DNA from: Candidatus Peregrinibacteria bacterium
Lineage (GTDB): Bacteria; Patescibacteriota; Gracilibacteria; UBA1369
Length of the DNA: 64,000 nt
NCBI GenBank assembly: GCA_963708185.1
Contig: OY970195.1
Coordinates: 256,001 to 320,000 of the forward strand
Reading direction: 5' to 3'
Positions 47,293 to 57,555 of the stretch are shown here, piece by piece. Position 1 is the first letter of the stretch; every line of letters starts with the position of its first letter. Made by a program: the position numbers and the translations under genes. The notes beneath the pieces are model-generated. The model did no database searches, was not told the origin of the DNA, and was given only the letters and a program-made list of their open reading frames with translations.

Positions 47293-49065
47293 ATGGTTGA
47301 TGCAGTTCAGGAAATCAAGGCAAAACTCTCAATTGAGGATGTTGTTCGGCAGTATGTCCAGCTCAAAAAAGCCGGGAGGAGTCTCAAGGGACTGTGTCCT
47401 TTTCATGCTGAAAAATCTCCGAGTTTTGTCGTATCACCCGAGCGGGGCATAGCGTATTGTTTCGGCTGTCATAAGGGAGGAGATATTTTTGCTTTCATTC
47501 AGGAAATCGAAGGCGTGGATTTCGTGGATGCTCTGAAGATGTTCGCCGAGCGCACAGGAGTCGAGCTCCAGCAATATGAAGCGCAGCGGAGCGTTCCAAA
47601 GAGTGAAAAGGATCAGCTTTTTCACGTTCATGATCTCGTGGCGAAATTTTACCAGAAACATCTCTGGGAAACTGCCGACGGGCAGAAGGTTCTTGAATAC
47701 CTTCATAAAAGGGGAATGAGCGACGAAACGATCAGGCTTTTTCATGTCGGCTTCGCTCCCGATTCGTTCGATGCAACGCACACGATGCTGCTCAAGGAAG
47801 GCTTCACGAAAAAAATGCTGGTGTCTTCAGGACTCGCCCTCACGCAGGAGACCACCGTTGATAAGATTTACGACCGTTTTCGAGGGAGACTGATGTTTCC
47901 CATCATGGACCATATGGGTCGCATCGTCGGTTTCGGCGGACGAGCCCTGAAAAAAGATCAGGAACCGAAATATCTCAATTCGCCCGAAACCGCGATTTAC
48001 CATAAAGGGAACGTTCTGTACGGTTTTTCTTATTCCAAGCCCGCCATCAAAGAAAAAAGATCCGTCATCTTGGTGGAAGGCTATATGGACATGATTGCAG
48101 CATTTCAGTCCGGGCTCACCAACGTGGTGGCGACCTCCGGTACCGCCATGACGATTCAGCAGTTGCGACACCTTCAGCCTTTCGTGACAACGGTTTATCT
48201 GGCTTTTGATATGGACAATGCTGGCCAGGAAGCCGCAAAACGCGCTTTCGATTTGATGCAGGAGTATGATTTTACCGTTCGGGTGATCACTCTTCCCGAA
48301 GGGAAAGATATTGCCGAATACGCCAAGACCCATGCCGCTGAACTGCCAAAAGTTCTTGAGGGGGCAGTGACTTACGGGGACTATTTTTATCAAAAACTTC
48401 TCAATACCTACGGTACGGAAGACATCGTGAATAAAAGGAAGATTCTCCAGGAGTTTTTTCCTTTTTTGGGATCGTTGAAGAGTGCGATCCAGAAAGACGA
48501 GTACGTAAGGCGTTTTGCCCATGATCTTCATCTTGATGAGAAGCAGATTTACGACGAGATGAAGAGTTTCAAGTTGCCTTTTCATCATCCCGCCCGGAAA
48601 TACAGCGGTCTGGATACTCCGGTTGAGCCGAAAACGAGAAAGTTTTCCGCAGACAGTCTGTTGATGGGTTTTTTGATCGAATTTCCAAGAATCGGGCAGC
48701 TTTTTTCTGACCGATTGACTGAAGAGTATTTTTCTGACGAATTAAAACCTATTTACAAGGTTTTTAGCGATCAGTATAATGGGCAAGGTATTCAAGAGGT
48801 GAAGGATTTTTTGGCGTCTTTGCCTCATGAACAAGCCGAAAAAGCGTCTCTCCTTTCACTCTATATTCATGAGATTTATGGTGAAGTGGGGGAAGAAGCT
48901 GCGGAACATGAGATAAAGGTATTGATTGACAAAATTGTAAAAACTGATGTTCGTAATAAAAGAAACGAGCTACAGTTCAAGATTGAAACCGCGGAAAAAG
49001 AGGGACGTAAAGATGAATATCTTCTGCTCCTCCAGGAGCTTCACAATCTGAACAGCAAGGTTTAA
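47293..49065 (+). CDS. dnaG: DNA primase
   Basis: CPFHAEKSPSF zinc finger, DRFRGRLMFPI, KYLNSPET, VEGYMD, FDMDNAG. Confidence 0.98.
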   Translation: MVDAVQEIKAKLSIEDVVRQYVQLKKAGRSLKGLCPFHAEKSPSFVVSPERGIAYCFGCHKGGDIFAFIQEIEGVDFVDALKMFAERTGVELQQYEAQRSVPKSEKDQLFHVHDLVAKFYQKHLWETADGQKVLEYLHKRGMSDETIRLFHVGFAPDSFDATHTMLLKEGFTKKMLVSSGLALTQETTVDKIYDRFRGRLMFPIMDHMGRIVGFGGRALKKDQEPKYLNSPETAIYHKGNVLYGFSYSKPAIKEKRSVILVEGYMDMIAAFQSGLTNVVATSGTAMTIQQLRHLQPFVTTVYLAFDMDNAGQEAAKRAFDLMQEYDFTVRVITLPEGKDIAEYAKTHAAELPKVLEGAVTYGDYFYQKLLNTYGTEDIVNKRKILQEFFPFLGSLKSAIQKDEYVRRFAHDLHLDEKQIYDEMKSFKLPFHHPARKYSGLDTPVEPKTRKFSADSLLMGFLIEFPRIGQLFSDRLTEEYFSDELKPIYKVFSDQYNGQGIQEVKDFLASLPHEQAEKASLLSLYIHEIYGEVGEEAAEHEIKVLIDKIVKTDVRNKRNELQFKIETAEKEGRKDEYLLLLQELHNLNSKV

Positions 49066-49086
49066 CGTTAACCCCACTCTCTTTAT

Positions 49087-50219
<1,133 letters not shown>

Positions 50220-50257
50220 AGTTCGTCATTTCATTACTTATTAATAATTCCCGACCC

Positions 50258-50764
50258 ATGGCAGACGCAAAAACTCAAAATCCGCCGGTTGAAGAAAAAT
50301 CCATTCTTGTAACCAAGGAGGGTTTGAAAAAACTTACCGAAGAACTGGATGACCTCAGAAACGTCAAACGCAGAGAGGTTGCTGAACGCATCAAGGAAGC
50401 CATTTCCTACGGCGATCTTTCGGAAAATTCGGAATACGAGGAAGCCAAGAACGAACAGGCTTTCGTGGAAGGCAGAATCATTGAACTCGAAGAAAAGGTC
50501 AAATATGCCAAGATCATTACAGAAAAGCATCAGGTGGCTTCCGTCCAGCTCGGGACCAAGGTTATCGTCAAGAACATGAGCAGACGCAACGCTCAGCCCG
50601 AGGAATATACCATCGTCGGTTCAACGGAAGCGGACCCTCTTTTCCATAAAATTTCGAACGAGTCACCGGTGGGCCGCGCTCTTTTGGACAGGAAAGTTGG
50701 GGAGAAGGTGAAGGTTCACATTCCTGCAGGATCGGTGGAATATGAAATTCTCAAGTTAGAATAA
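50258..50764 (+). CDS. greA: Transcription elongation factor GreA
   Basis: GDLSENSEYEEAK, YTIVGSTEADP, ISNESPVGRALL. Confidence 0.97.
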   Translation: MADAKTQNPPVEEKSILVTKEGLKKLTEELDDLRNVKRREVAERIKEAISYGDLSENSEYEEAKNEQAFVEGRIIELEEKVKYAKIITEKHQVASVQLGTKVIVKNMSRRNAQPEEYTIVGSTEADPLFHKISNESPVGRALLDRKVGEKVKVHIPAGSVEYEILKLE

Positions 50765-52101
50765 TGGCATCAAAAACTTTTGGCAGGCTACTTCTCAAGA
50801 CATTCGGTGTTTTGGCATTTTGCACCGTTTCCGCCTACGCGCTTTTTTTAGCATACGGATATAACGTCGATCTCGCGAATCGTCATATTGAAAAAACGAG
50901 CATCATTGACGTTGCAAGCCGTTATCCCGACGTCCGCGTCTATCTCGACGACAAGCTGGTCGGCAACAGCATTCCTCTCCAGATGAAGGACCTTTTGCCG
51001 GGGTTTTACGATCTTACGATGAGCAAACTGGGTTACCTTCCCTGGAGCCGGAAACTGGAGGTCCAGACCGACATCGTAACGAAAGTGGATGACGTTCTCT
51101 TGGTCCCTGATCATCCGGACACGCTTGTCCAGCAGCTGGCCCATTTTCCGCTGCAAAGCAAATATTATTTTAGTAAGGACTTTTTTATCGTTTTAACGCC
51201 CGACAGCGATTACCTCACGCTGGTGTATCTGCTTGATAACGGAGCCATGAAGGAAGAGGAACTCAAACTTTCAAAACAGGATATCCAGGACATCCAGATT
51301 TTTAATCCCCAACAGTATCTCATCACATTTCATGACGGAAGTTACGAGTGGGTTGAATTCAACGGTCCAAGGTTTATCGATTTTTCTCTTCCCAAAGGTT
51401 CAAGTCAGCTCCAGCTTGTTCCCGAACAGAACGTTTCGTATTTCCTGTCGGAAGGAAACCTTTACAGTGTTCCGATTGATCTTCTCTCAACGCTTACCGT
51501 CAAGAATCTTGCGACGTTCCTGTTGATCAAGAACGTTGACCAGTTCGACGTTCACGCCAACAGGCTCGTCTACGTTTCCAAAGGGATGGCCTATGCCGCG
51601 GACACCCATGGTAAAAACATCAGGCTTCTGGATCGTTCATATACCGTTTCGTATATACGATATGTGCCTTTTACGGCTTTCCCAGGAGGTCTTTACGTGG
51701 TCCGTGCCGTTGACGATAAAAGGTTTTTGTATTCGGTTGATGACCGCGGGAATTCGACGCTCCTCACGCCTCAATTGAAAGACGATGTTTTCCAGGATAA
51801 CTCCGGAAGGGTGCTTTTTAGCGATGAAAGCGGGAACGTTTTTATCTATAGACCCCTTCTCAAGAAGAAAAGTCTCGTGACCACGCTGCCGCCGGACTTC
51901 ACGCTGCTGGGGTTCCTTTTCGATGACGGACATTTCCTGTATGTGAAGCAGCAACAACTTTTTTTGGCCGACAGTTCGTATACAAATGTGTATCCTTTAT
52001 TGGATACGGTGGAAAACACCCGATATTTTCTTCAGAAAGGTGCGGTCTTTTCCCTCGTCGACAATAAGTTCAAATCGTTCTTTCTTCTGCCAAGGAACTA
52101 G
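50764..52101 (+). CDS. PEGA-domain membrane-anchored protein
   Basis: TM + AYGY..D......KTSII, VYLDD, LLPGFYDLTMSKLGYLPWSRKL; beta-rich C-terminus. Confidence 0.8.
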   Translation: MASKTFGRLLLKTFGVLAFCTVSAYALFLAYGYNVDLANRHIEKTSIIDVASRYPDVRVYLDDKLVGNSIPLQMKDLLPGFYDLTMSKLGYLPWSRKLEVQTDIVTKVDDVLLVPDHPDTLVQQLAHFPLQSKYYFSKDFFIVLTPDSDYLTLVYLLDNGAMKEEELKLSKQDIQDIQIFNPQQYLITFHDGSYEWVEFNGPRFIDFSLPKGSSQLQLVPEQNVSYFLSEGNLYSVPIDLLSTLTVKNLATFLLIKNVDQFDVHANRLVYVSKGMAYAADTHGKNIRLLDRSYTVSYIRYVPFTAFPGGLYVVRAVDDKRFLYSVDDRGNSTLLTPQLKDDVFQDNSGRVLFSDESGNVFIYRPLLKKKSLVTTLPPDFTLLGFLFDDGHFLYVKQQQLFLADSSYTNVYPLLDTVENTRYFLQKGAVFSLVDNKFKSFFLLPRN

Positions 52102-52514
52102 CGTTTTTTCTTGTGTTTCCTGGGAAGATACCTGTTAAGTTTAAGCTGCTCTTCGTGGTGTTTTTTGTCAGCCGGGTAGACTTTAAAATAAAGCTGGGCG
52201 TAGTGGAAAGCCACGTAAGCGGCGTAAGCAAAAATGAGGTAGTTGAGGAAACGCATAGAAAGGTAGGGCATCCGTTCAAAACGTACCAGAACGTAAATCG
52301 CTTCCATGAAAGCAATGGCGAAGAGTTTTCCCGGAAGATCGCGGAAGAGTTTCCTGAAAATTTTGTCCTCCTTGTGTTTTTTCAGGAATATTTTCAGCGC
52401 GATCGCTCCGGCGACGAGGAGGACGACGGCCGCGATGAATACATAGAGAAATTTGAAAGGTCCGGTTGGGTTTGAAGCAAAAAAGTACTGGTAGACGGTC
52501 GAGAGAAATGACAT
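52098..52514 (-). CDS. Hypothetical membrane protein (3 TM)
   Basis: Hydrophobic segments, PYLSMRF motif, basic tail RYLPRKHKKKR. Confidence 0.8.
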   Translation of the reverse strand: MSFLSTVYQYFFASNPTGPFKFLYVFIAAVVLLVAGAIALKIFLKKHKEDKIFRKLFRDLPGKLFAIAFMEAIYVLVRFERMPYLSMRFLNYLIFAYAAYVAFHYAQLYFKVYPADKKHHEEQLKLNRYLPRKHKKKR

Positions 52515-52537
52515 GATTCGGATGTTTTAATGAATAA

Positions 52538-53335
52538 TTAAGGGGATGAGGTTGTTTCCTGCTTTGAAGGTTCCTTTTTCTTCCTGTCGCGGAGATAAAA
52601 TAACGTACCTGCGGCGATCAATGCAATGATACAAAAAATCTGGGCTTCACGCAGGCCGAGCAAGTAATTGCTTTCGTCTCCGCGTAAGAACTCTTCGAGA
52701 AAATGGAAAATAGCATAGACCGATGCCCCGGCCAGCGTGATGTTGCCTTCTTTTTTCCCGAAGGGGCTGTTTCTGAGGTTCCAAAGCACGATCGTTATTC
52801 CCAGGGTATAGATCACGGCGTAAATCTGCGTCGGGTGAATGGGGACGGCAAATCGTGAATTTTCGATGATGATGCCCCAGGGGAGATCGGTAGGGTTGCC
52901 GTAGTTGCTGCCGTCGAGAAATGTACCAAGATTCCCAAAAACAAGACCTCCCATGATCCCGATGGTCGTGATATCGAACCACTTCCAGACGTTTTCTTTG
53001 CCTTTCCAGCAAAAATAACCAAGCGTCAGCGCCAATCCGAGCAAGCCTCCCCAGAAGGAGAGTCCCTTGTCCCAGATGAAGAGAATCTGGAGCATGTGTT
53101 CCAGATCGATCTTGCTGAAGTACACCATGAAGTTTTCAGCCACGAAGGTTATTCTCGCGACGAGTATCGCCCCGAAAAGAATGGCCAGGCTGTGTTCAGC
53201 CAGAAAGTTTAAACGGGGACGGTCCTTCTGAAGGATTTTATAGATGATAAGGAAAGAGACGAAGAACCCGATTGCCACGCAAACCCACAATGCATAGATC
53301 GTAATCGGTCCAAGTTGAACAAGAATCGGATACAT
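52538..53335 (-). CDS. lgt: Prolipoprotein diacylglyceryl transferase homolog (divergent active site)
   Basis: MYPIL...GPITIY, ILVARI, IWDKGLSFWGG, YGNPTDLPWG, HPTQIY, EFLRGD; several catalytic residues substituted. Confidence 0.8.
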   Translation of the reverse strand: MYPILVQLGPITIYALWVCVAIGFFVSFLIIYKILQKDRPRLNFLAEHSLAILFGAILVARITFVAENFMVYFSKIDLEHMLQILFIWDKGLSFWGGLLGLALTLGYFCWKGKENVWKWFDITTIGIMGGLVFGNLGTFLDGSNYGNPTDLPWGIIIENSRFAVPIHPTQIYAVIYTLGITIVLWNLRNSPFGKKEGNITLAGASVYAIFHFLEEFLRGDESNYLLGLREAQIFCIIALIAAGTLFYLRDRKKKEPSKQETTSSP

Positions 53336-53399
53336 AAATTGAGATGGGAATTCGAAAGGATTGTACCCAACTTGAACTCTCTAAACAAGCCGTGATGTC

Positions 53400-54794
53400 C
53401 TAGAAATTCAAGAGAATGACCGCGGTTGCCAGAAGGAAAAACGGCGTGATGACCAGCGTCGCAACGTCGTTGCGGCGGAAGAAGTTTATTTTTACGCTCA
53501 ACGCCGAATGGAAGAGGAAAAGCGTCGTCAGGAAATATTTCAGGAAGTTGGTTTTGTAAACGGGAAACGTCCCGGAAAAGGGGAGCGCTCCGAGGTCTTT
53601 TGTGTTGAGGTAGATTGACGCGAAATAGTAGATGAGATAGAACGCCAGCAGCCACCCCGTAAAATTGAGCAGCTCCTGTGAGAACGCTTCGAATTGGGTA
53701 ACTTCGCCGCTTTTTTTATATTCTTCTCGTAAACGTTTTTTGGCTTCTTTCAACTGCATTTTGAGTTTTTTCTTATCCTGGGCGAGCTTCTTGCGACTGG
53801 TCATCGCTTCTTTTTTGTATTCAGGAGTTGTCGCCTGAAAGTAGATGACCCAGTATTGCCTGATTTGCTGATCGATGATGGCTATGTTGTGCTGGATTTC
53901 CCGTATCTCATCGTTTTCGGGGGTAAATCCGATGACGACCCCTACAAAAAAGTTGAGGAATTTTTCGAATGCTGAGGGATGTTTGTTTTCAAGAATATGC
54001 TCCTTCCTCCACCTGGAAAGTGTTTCGGTCACGCTCAGACTGGATTTGCTCTTGCTGCTGTGGAGCTGCATCATCATGCTTTTTGCCTGGAGGATCATCT
54101 GGGTACGTTCTTTCATGTTCGCTTCTTCATGAAGAAACAGCTCTTCTTTTTGGAGATACGTTAAAAGTTCTTCGCATGTTTTGCGGATATAATCGAGATT
54201 GGTACTGCTTTTGATGCGCAGGATCTTGTCGACGTATTTGCGGATTTCTTCCTTGGTTTCCGGTTTCATCTGTTTTTCATACTCGTCGAGCATGTCCTTG
54301 ACCTTTTTGAGCACGAATTCGACCTGGGCCTTCAAAACGTCCTGTTTTTGTTCGAACTCCTTGAGATCCAGTTTTTCTCCCGTCATCTTTTTCGCCAGCT
54401 CCTGGGCTTCCTCGTCGACGCGGTTTTGGAGCTCGAAAACCCCTTTGGCTTTTTCGTCGGCTTTCTGGTCTTCGGGAAGGCTTTTGTCCACAAGGTATTC
54501 CACTTCGAAGGCGTATTCGCTGATAAGCCTTTTATAGGCGCTGTAACGGTCTTCCGACTGGATGGTTCCGACAATATGCTTCTGGTTTTTATCGATGGCG
54601 GCGAACTCAAAAGTCGGAAGAGCCTGGCCCTGTTGGGCTTCGGTCTCTCCGTTTTCCGGAATTTCCGTAATGCCGATCACGGAAAAACCGAGCTGGTTCA
54701 GTTCCGCCCTGGCGCTTTTTTCGTCGGGAGCGCTGATTGTTCCGCTGAGTGGTTTGTTTTCCTGATTTACAACGTTATAGTTGTATTTTGGCAT
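53400..54794 (-). CDS. Hypothetical membrane protein with two PilC/GspF N-terminal-like domains and coiled coils
   Basis: MPKYNYNVVNQENKPLSGTISAPDEKSARAEL and LPTFEFAAIDKNQKHIVGTIQSEDRYSAYKRL; three C-terminal TMs. Confidence 0.75.
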   Translation of the reverse strand: MPKYNYNVVNQENKPLSGTISAPDEKSARAELNQLGFSVIGITEIPENGETEAQQGQALPTFEFAAIDKNQKHIVGTIQSEDRYSAYKRLISEYAFEVEYLVDKSLPEDQKADEKAKGVFELQNRVDEEAQELAKKMTGEKLDLKEFEQKQDVLKAQVEFVLKKVKDMLDEYEKQMKPETKEEIRKYVDKILRIKSSTNLDYIRKTCEELLTYLQKEELFLHEEANMKERTQMILQAKSMMMQLHSSKSKSSLSVTETLSRWRKEHILENKHPSAFEKFLNFFVGVVIGFTPENDEIREIQHNIAIIDQQIRQYWVIYFQATTPEYKKEAMTSRKKLAQDKKKLKMQLKEAKKRLREEYKKSGEVTQFEAFSQELLNFTGWLLAFYLIYYFASIYLNTKDLGALPFSGTFPVYKTNFLKYFLTTLFLFHSALSVKINFFRRNDVATLVITPFFLLATAVILLNF

Positions 54795-54849
54795 TTCGGA
54801 CGTGTAATGCTTTTCTTTCTTTTATTTTACCAGAAAAATGCACTTTTGG

Positions 54850-56484
54850 CTATTTCCTTGAGCGTGTCCGTTTTGAGCTGGCCTCGATCAAGCCTTTGAA
54901 TAATGGATGCGGGTGGTTCGGTCTGGAGAGGAATTCCGGGTGGAACTGGCAGCCGATCATGAAAGGATGACCCTTGAGTTCGACGATTTCGACGAGGTTG
55001 CCTTCCGTAAATATCCCGGCGGTCAGGAGTCCGTCTTTTTCAAATTTTTTGCGGAAGTCGTTATTGTATTCGTAACGGTGACGGTGGCGTTCATGGATGG
55101 TCTCTTTTTTGTAGAGGGCGTAGGTTTTTGTGCCCTTGGTCAGTTTGCAGGGATAGGTTCCGAGTCTCAGCGTCCCCCCTTTGTCGCGTTCTTTATATTG
55201 ACCCGGCATAAAGTGGATGACGTAAAAATCGGGACTTAATTTATTGTGCTCGTCGAACTCTTCCGAGGTGAAGCGTTCATCCTGAAAGACGTGACGGGCG
55301 TATTCGATCGTCTGTATCTGCATGCCCAGGCACAGTCCCAGATACGGAATTTTGTTTTCTCGGCAGTATTTCGCCGCCATGATCATGCCTTCGGTTCCTC
55401 TGATGCCGAAACCGCCCGGAACGATCACTCCGTGGGCGCTCTTGAGTTCGTCCCAGGTTTTCTTGTCGTTTTTCTCGAGTTTTTCTGAGTCGATCCAGAT
55501 GAGATCAAGATCTTTTTTCTGGTGATAGCAGGCTATTTTGAGTGATTCGATTACGCTCAGGTATGAGTCGTCCAGTCCGGTGTATTTCCCGACGAGGGCG
55601 ATGGTGAGTTTTTCTCTTTTTGCTTTGATTTTCCTGTTGAGTTCGATCCAGTCCTTGAGGTTCGGTTTGATTTTTCCGAGATGGAGTTTTTTGGCGATAA
55701 GTTCGGCAAGATGGTGTTCCTGGAATTTGAGCGGAACTTCGTAAATGGAAGGAACGGTCGGAGCCGGAACGACGCAGTCCTCATCGACGTCGCAGAACAA
55801 AGCGATTTTTTTGAGTAAATCTTTGGTAATGGGATGATCCGCGCGCGCCAGGATGAAGTCAGGCTGAATACCTGTTGCGCGAAGTTCGCGGACCGAAGCC
55901 TGCGTCGGCTTGGTTTTCAGTTCTTTTGAGCCCGCAAGGTAGGGGAGCAGTGTCAGATGCACAAACAAGGTATTAGTGTGTCCAAGTTCATGACGGAGCT
56001 GGCGCAGCGATTCAAGAAACGGCAGCCCTTCGATGTCTCCGGTGGTTCCACCGATTTCGATCAACACAAGGTCCGCGCCGCTTTGTTTGCCCGCGTCCTT
56101 GATGCGTTTTTTGATGGCGTTGGTGATGTGCGGAATAATCTGGATGGTCCCGCCCAGGTAGCTGCCTTTGCGCTCTTCGGCGATAACGTGCGAGTAAATT
56201 TTTCCCGTGGTAACCGAGGAAATTTCCGTCAGGTTTTCACCGACGAAACGTTCATAGTGTCCAAGATCGAGATCGGTTTCCGCCCCGTCGCTCAGGACGT
56301 AAACTTCACCGTGCTGAAAGGGATTCATAGTCCCGGGGTCCACGTTCAAATAAGGATCCAACTTTTGTGTGAAGACCTTAAATCCTGAAGCTTTGAGGAG
56401 AGCACCGATCGAGGCAGTTGCAATGCCCTTACCTAATGACGAACATACTCCGCCCGTGACGAAGATGTATTTGGTCTCCTTCAT
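54850..56484 (-). CDS. pyrG: CTP synthase
   Basis: KYIFVTGGVCSSLGKG, KLDPYLNVDPGTM, GLCLGMQ, ERHRHRYE, QFHPEF. Confidence 0.99.
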   Translation of the reverse strand: MKETKYIFVTGGVCSSLGKGIATASIGALLKASGFKVFTQKLDPYLNVDPGTMNPFQHGEVYVLSDGAETDLDLGHYERFVGENLTEISSVTTGKIYSHVIAEERKGSYLGGTIQIIPHITNAIKKRIKDAGKQSGADLVLIEIGGTTGDIEGLPFLESLRQLRHELGHTNTLFVHLTLLPYLAGSKELKTKPTQASVRELRATGIQPDFILARADHPITKDLLKKIALFCDVDEDCVVPAPTVPSIYEVPLKFQEHHLAELIAKKLHLGKIKPNLKDWIELNRKIKAKREKLTIALVGKYTGLDDSYLSVIESLKIACYHQKKDLDLIWIDSEKLEKNDKKTWDELKSAHGVIVPGGFGIRGTEGMIMAAKYCRENKIPYLGLCLGMQIQTIEYARHVFQDERFTSEEFDEHNKLSPDFYVIHFMPGQYKERDKGGTLRLGTYPCKLTKGTKTYALYKKETIHERHRHRYEYNNDFRKKFEKDGLLTAGIFTEGNLVEIVELKGHPFMIGCQFHPEFLSRPNHPHPLFKGLIEASSKRTRSRK

Positions 56485-56518
56485 AGCTTATGGAGTCTGG
56501 CTCCAAGAAGTTAGATAA

Positions 56519-57502
56519 TCAGTTTTTTAAAGAAAGTCCTGTTTTTGCCCTTACGCCGGCCATTGTTTTGGTTGCTTCGGCTTGTGCTCTCTGGGCGCCT
56601 TTTTTCAATACTGATTTAACATAGCTTAAATCTTTTTGGAGTTCAAATCTTTTTTTTCTGGCGCCGCCGAAATAGTCCAAAAGTTTGGCCAGAAGAATTT
56701 TTTTTGCGTCTCCGTAGCCCATGCCTCCCTTTTTGTATTTTTCGGCGAGAGTTTTTTGTTCTGCCGGTGAGGCGAGATGGCAATAGAGTTTGTAGATCGC
56801 CGAAGCATCGGGGTCTTTCGGCGATTCAACCGGGGTCGAATCGGTTTTGATGCCCATGACCTGTTTTTTCAACGTCGCTTCATCGGCGAAGATTTCGATG
56901 ACGTTTCCGTAACTTTTGCTCATTTTGTGTTCGCCGTCAGTGCCGATGATGGTGGCCACATTTTCGGGGATGTACGGTTCCGGCATCTTGAAGGTCTCAC
57001 CGAAGGTGTCATTGAATTTTACCGCTATGTCGCGCGCGATTTCGATGTGCTGCTTCTGGTCTTTGCCGACCGGCACCAGATCAGGTTTATACATGAGGAT
57101 GTCGGCGGCCATGAGGACGGGGTAGATGAAAAGTCCGGCTGTTTTGTCCTTCATGCCTTTGGCGGTGGCGTCCTTGTAGGCGTGAGCTCTTTCCAGAAGG
57201 CCCATCGGGGTGATGCAGCTTAAAATCCACGCAAGTTCGCTGTGATCCGCAATGTCGCTCTGGCGGAAGAAAACGGTCTTTTCTGGATCAAGTCCCAACG
57301 CAAGATAGTCCATGGCCAGCTCCAAGGAAAGTTCATGCAGCTTTTTGGGGTCGCGGACGGTGGTCAGGGCATGGAGATCAGCGATGAAAATAAAGCAGTC
57401 GTACTGGTCCTGCATGGCGATGTGGTTTTTCATCGCGCCGAGATAGTTCCCCAGGTGGGGGTTCCCGCTTGGCTGGACTCCGGAAAGGATGCGTTTTCTC
57501 AT
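56519..57502 (-). CDS. trpS: Tryptophan--tRNA ligase
   Basis: SGVQPSG.PHLGNY, YPVLMAADI, VPVGKDQKQH, KMSKS. Confidence 0.98.
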   Translation of the reverse strand: MRKRILSGVQPSGNPHLGNYLGAMKNHIAMQDQYDCFIFIADLHALTTVRDPKKLHELSLELAMDYLALGLDPEKTVFFRQSDIADHSELAWILSCITPMGLLERAHAYKDATAKGMKDKTAGLFIYPVLMAADILMYKPDLVPVGKDQKQHIEIARDIAVKFNDTFGETFKMPEPYIPENVATIIGTDGEHKMSKSYGNVIEIFADEATLKKQVMGIKTDSTPVESPKDPDASAIYKLYCHLASPAEQKTLAEKYKKGGMGYGDAKKILLAKLLDYFGGARKKRFELQKDLSYVKSVLKKGAQRAQAEATKTMAGVRAKTGLSLKN

Positions 57503-57555
57503 AAGTTCGGAATATAACGTTCAACAGTATATCAAATGTTGCCGACGGCAAAAAG

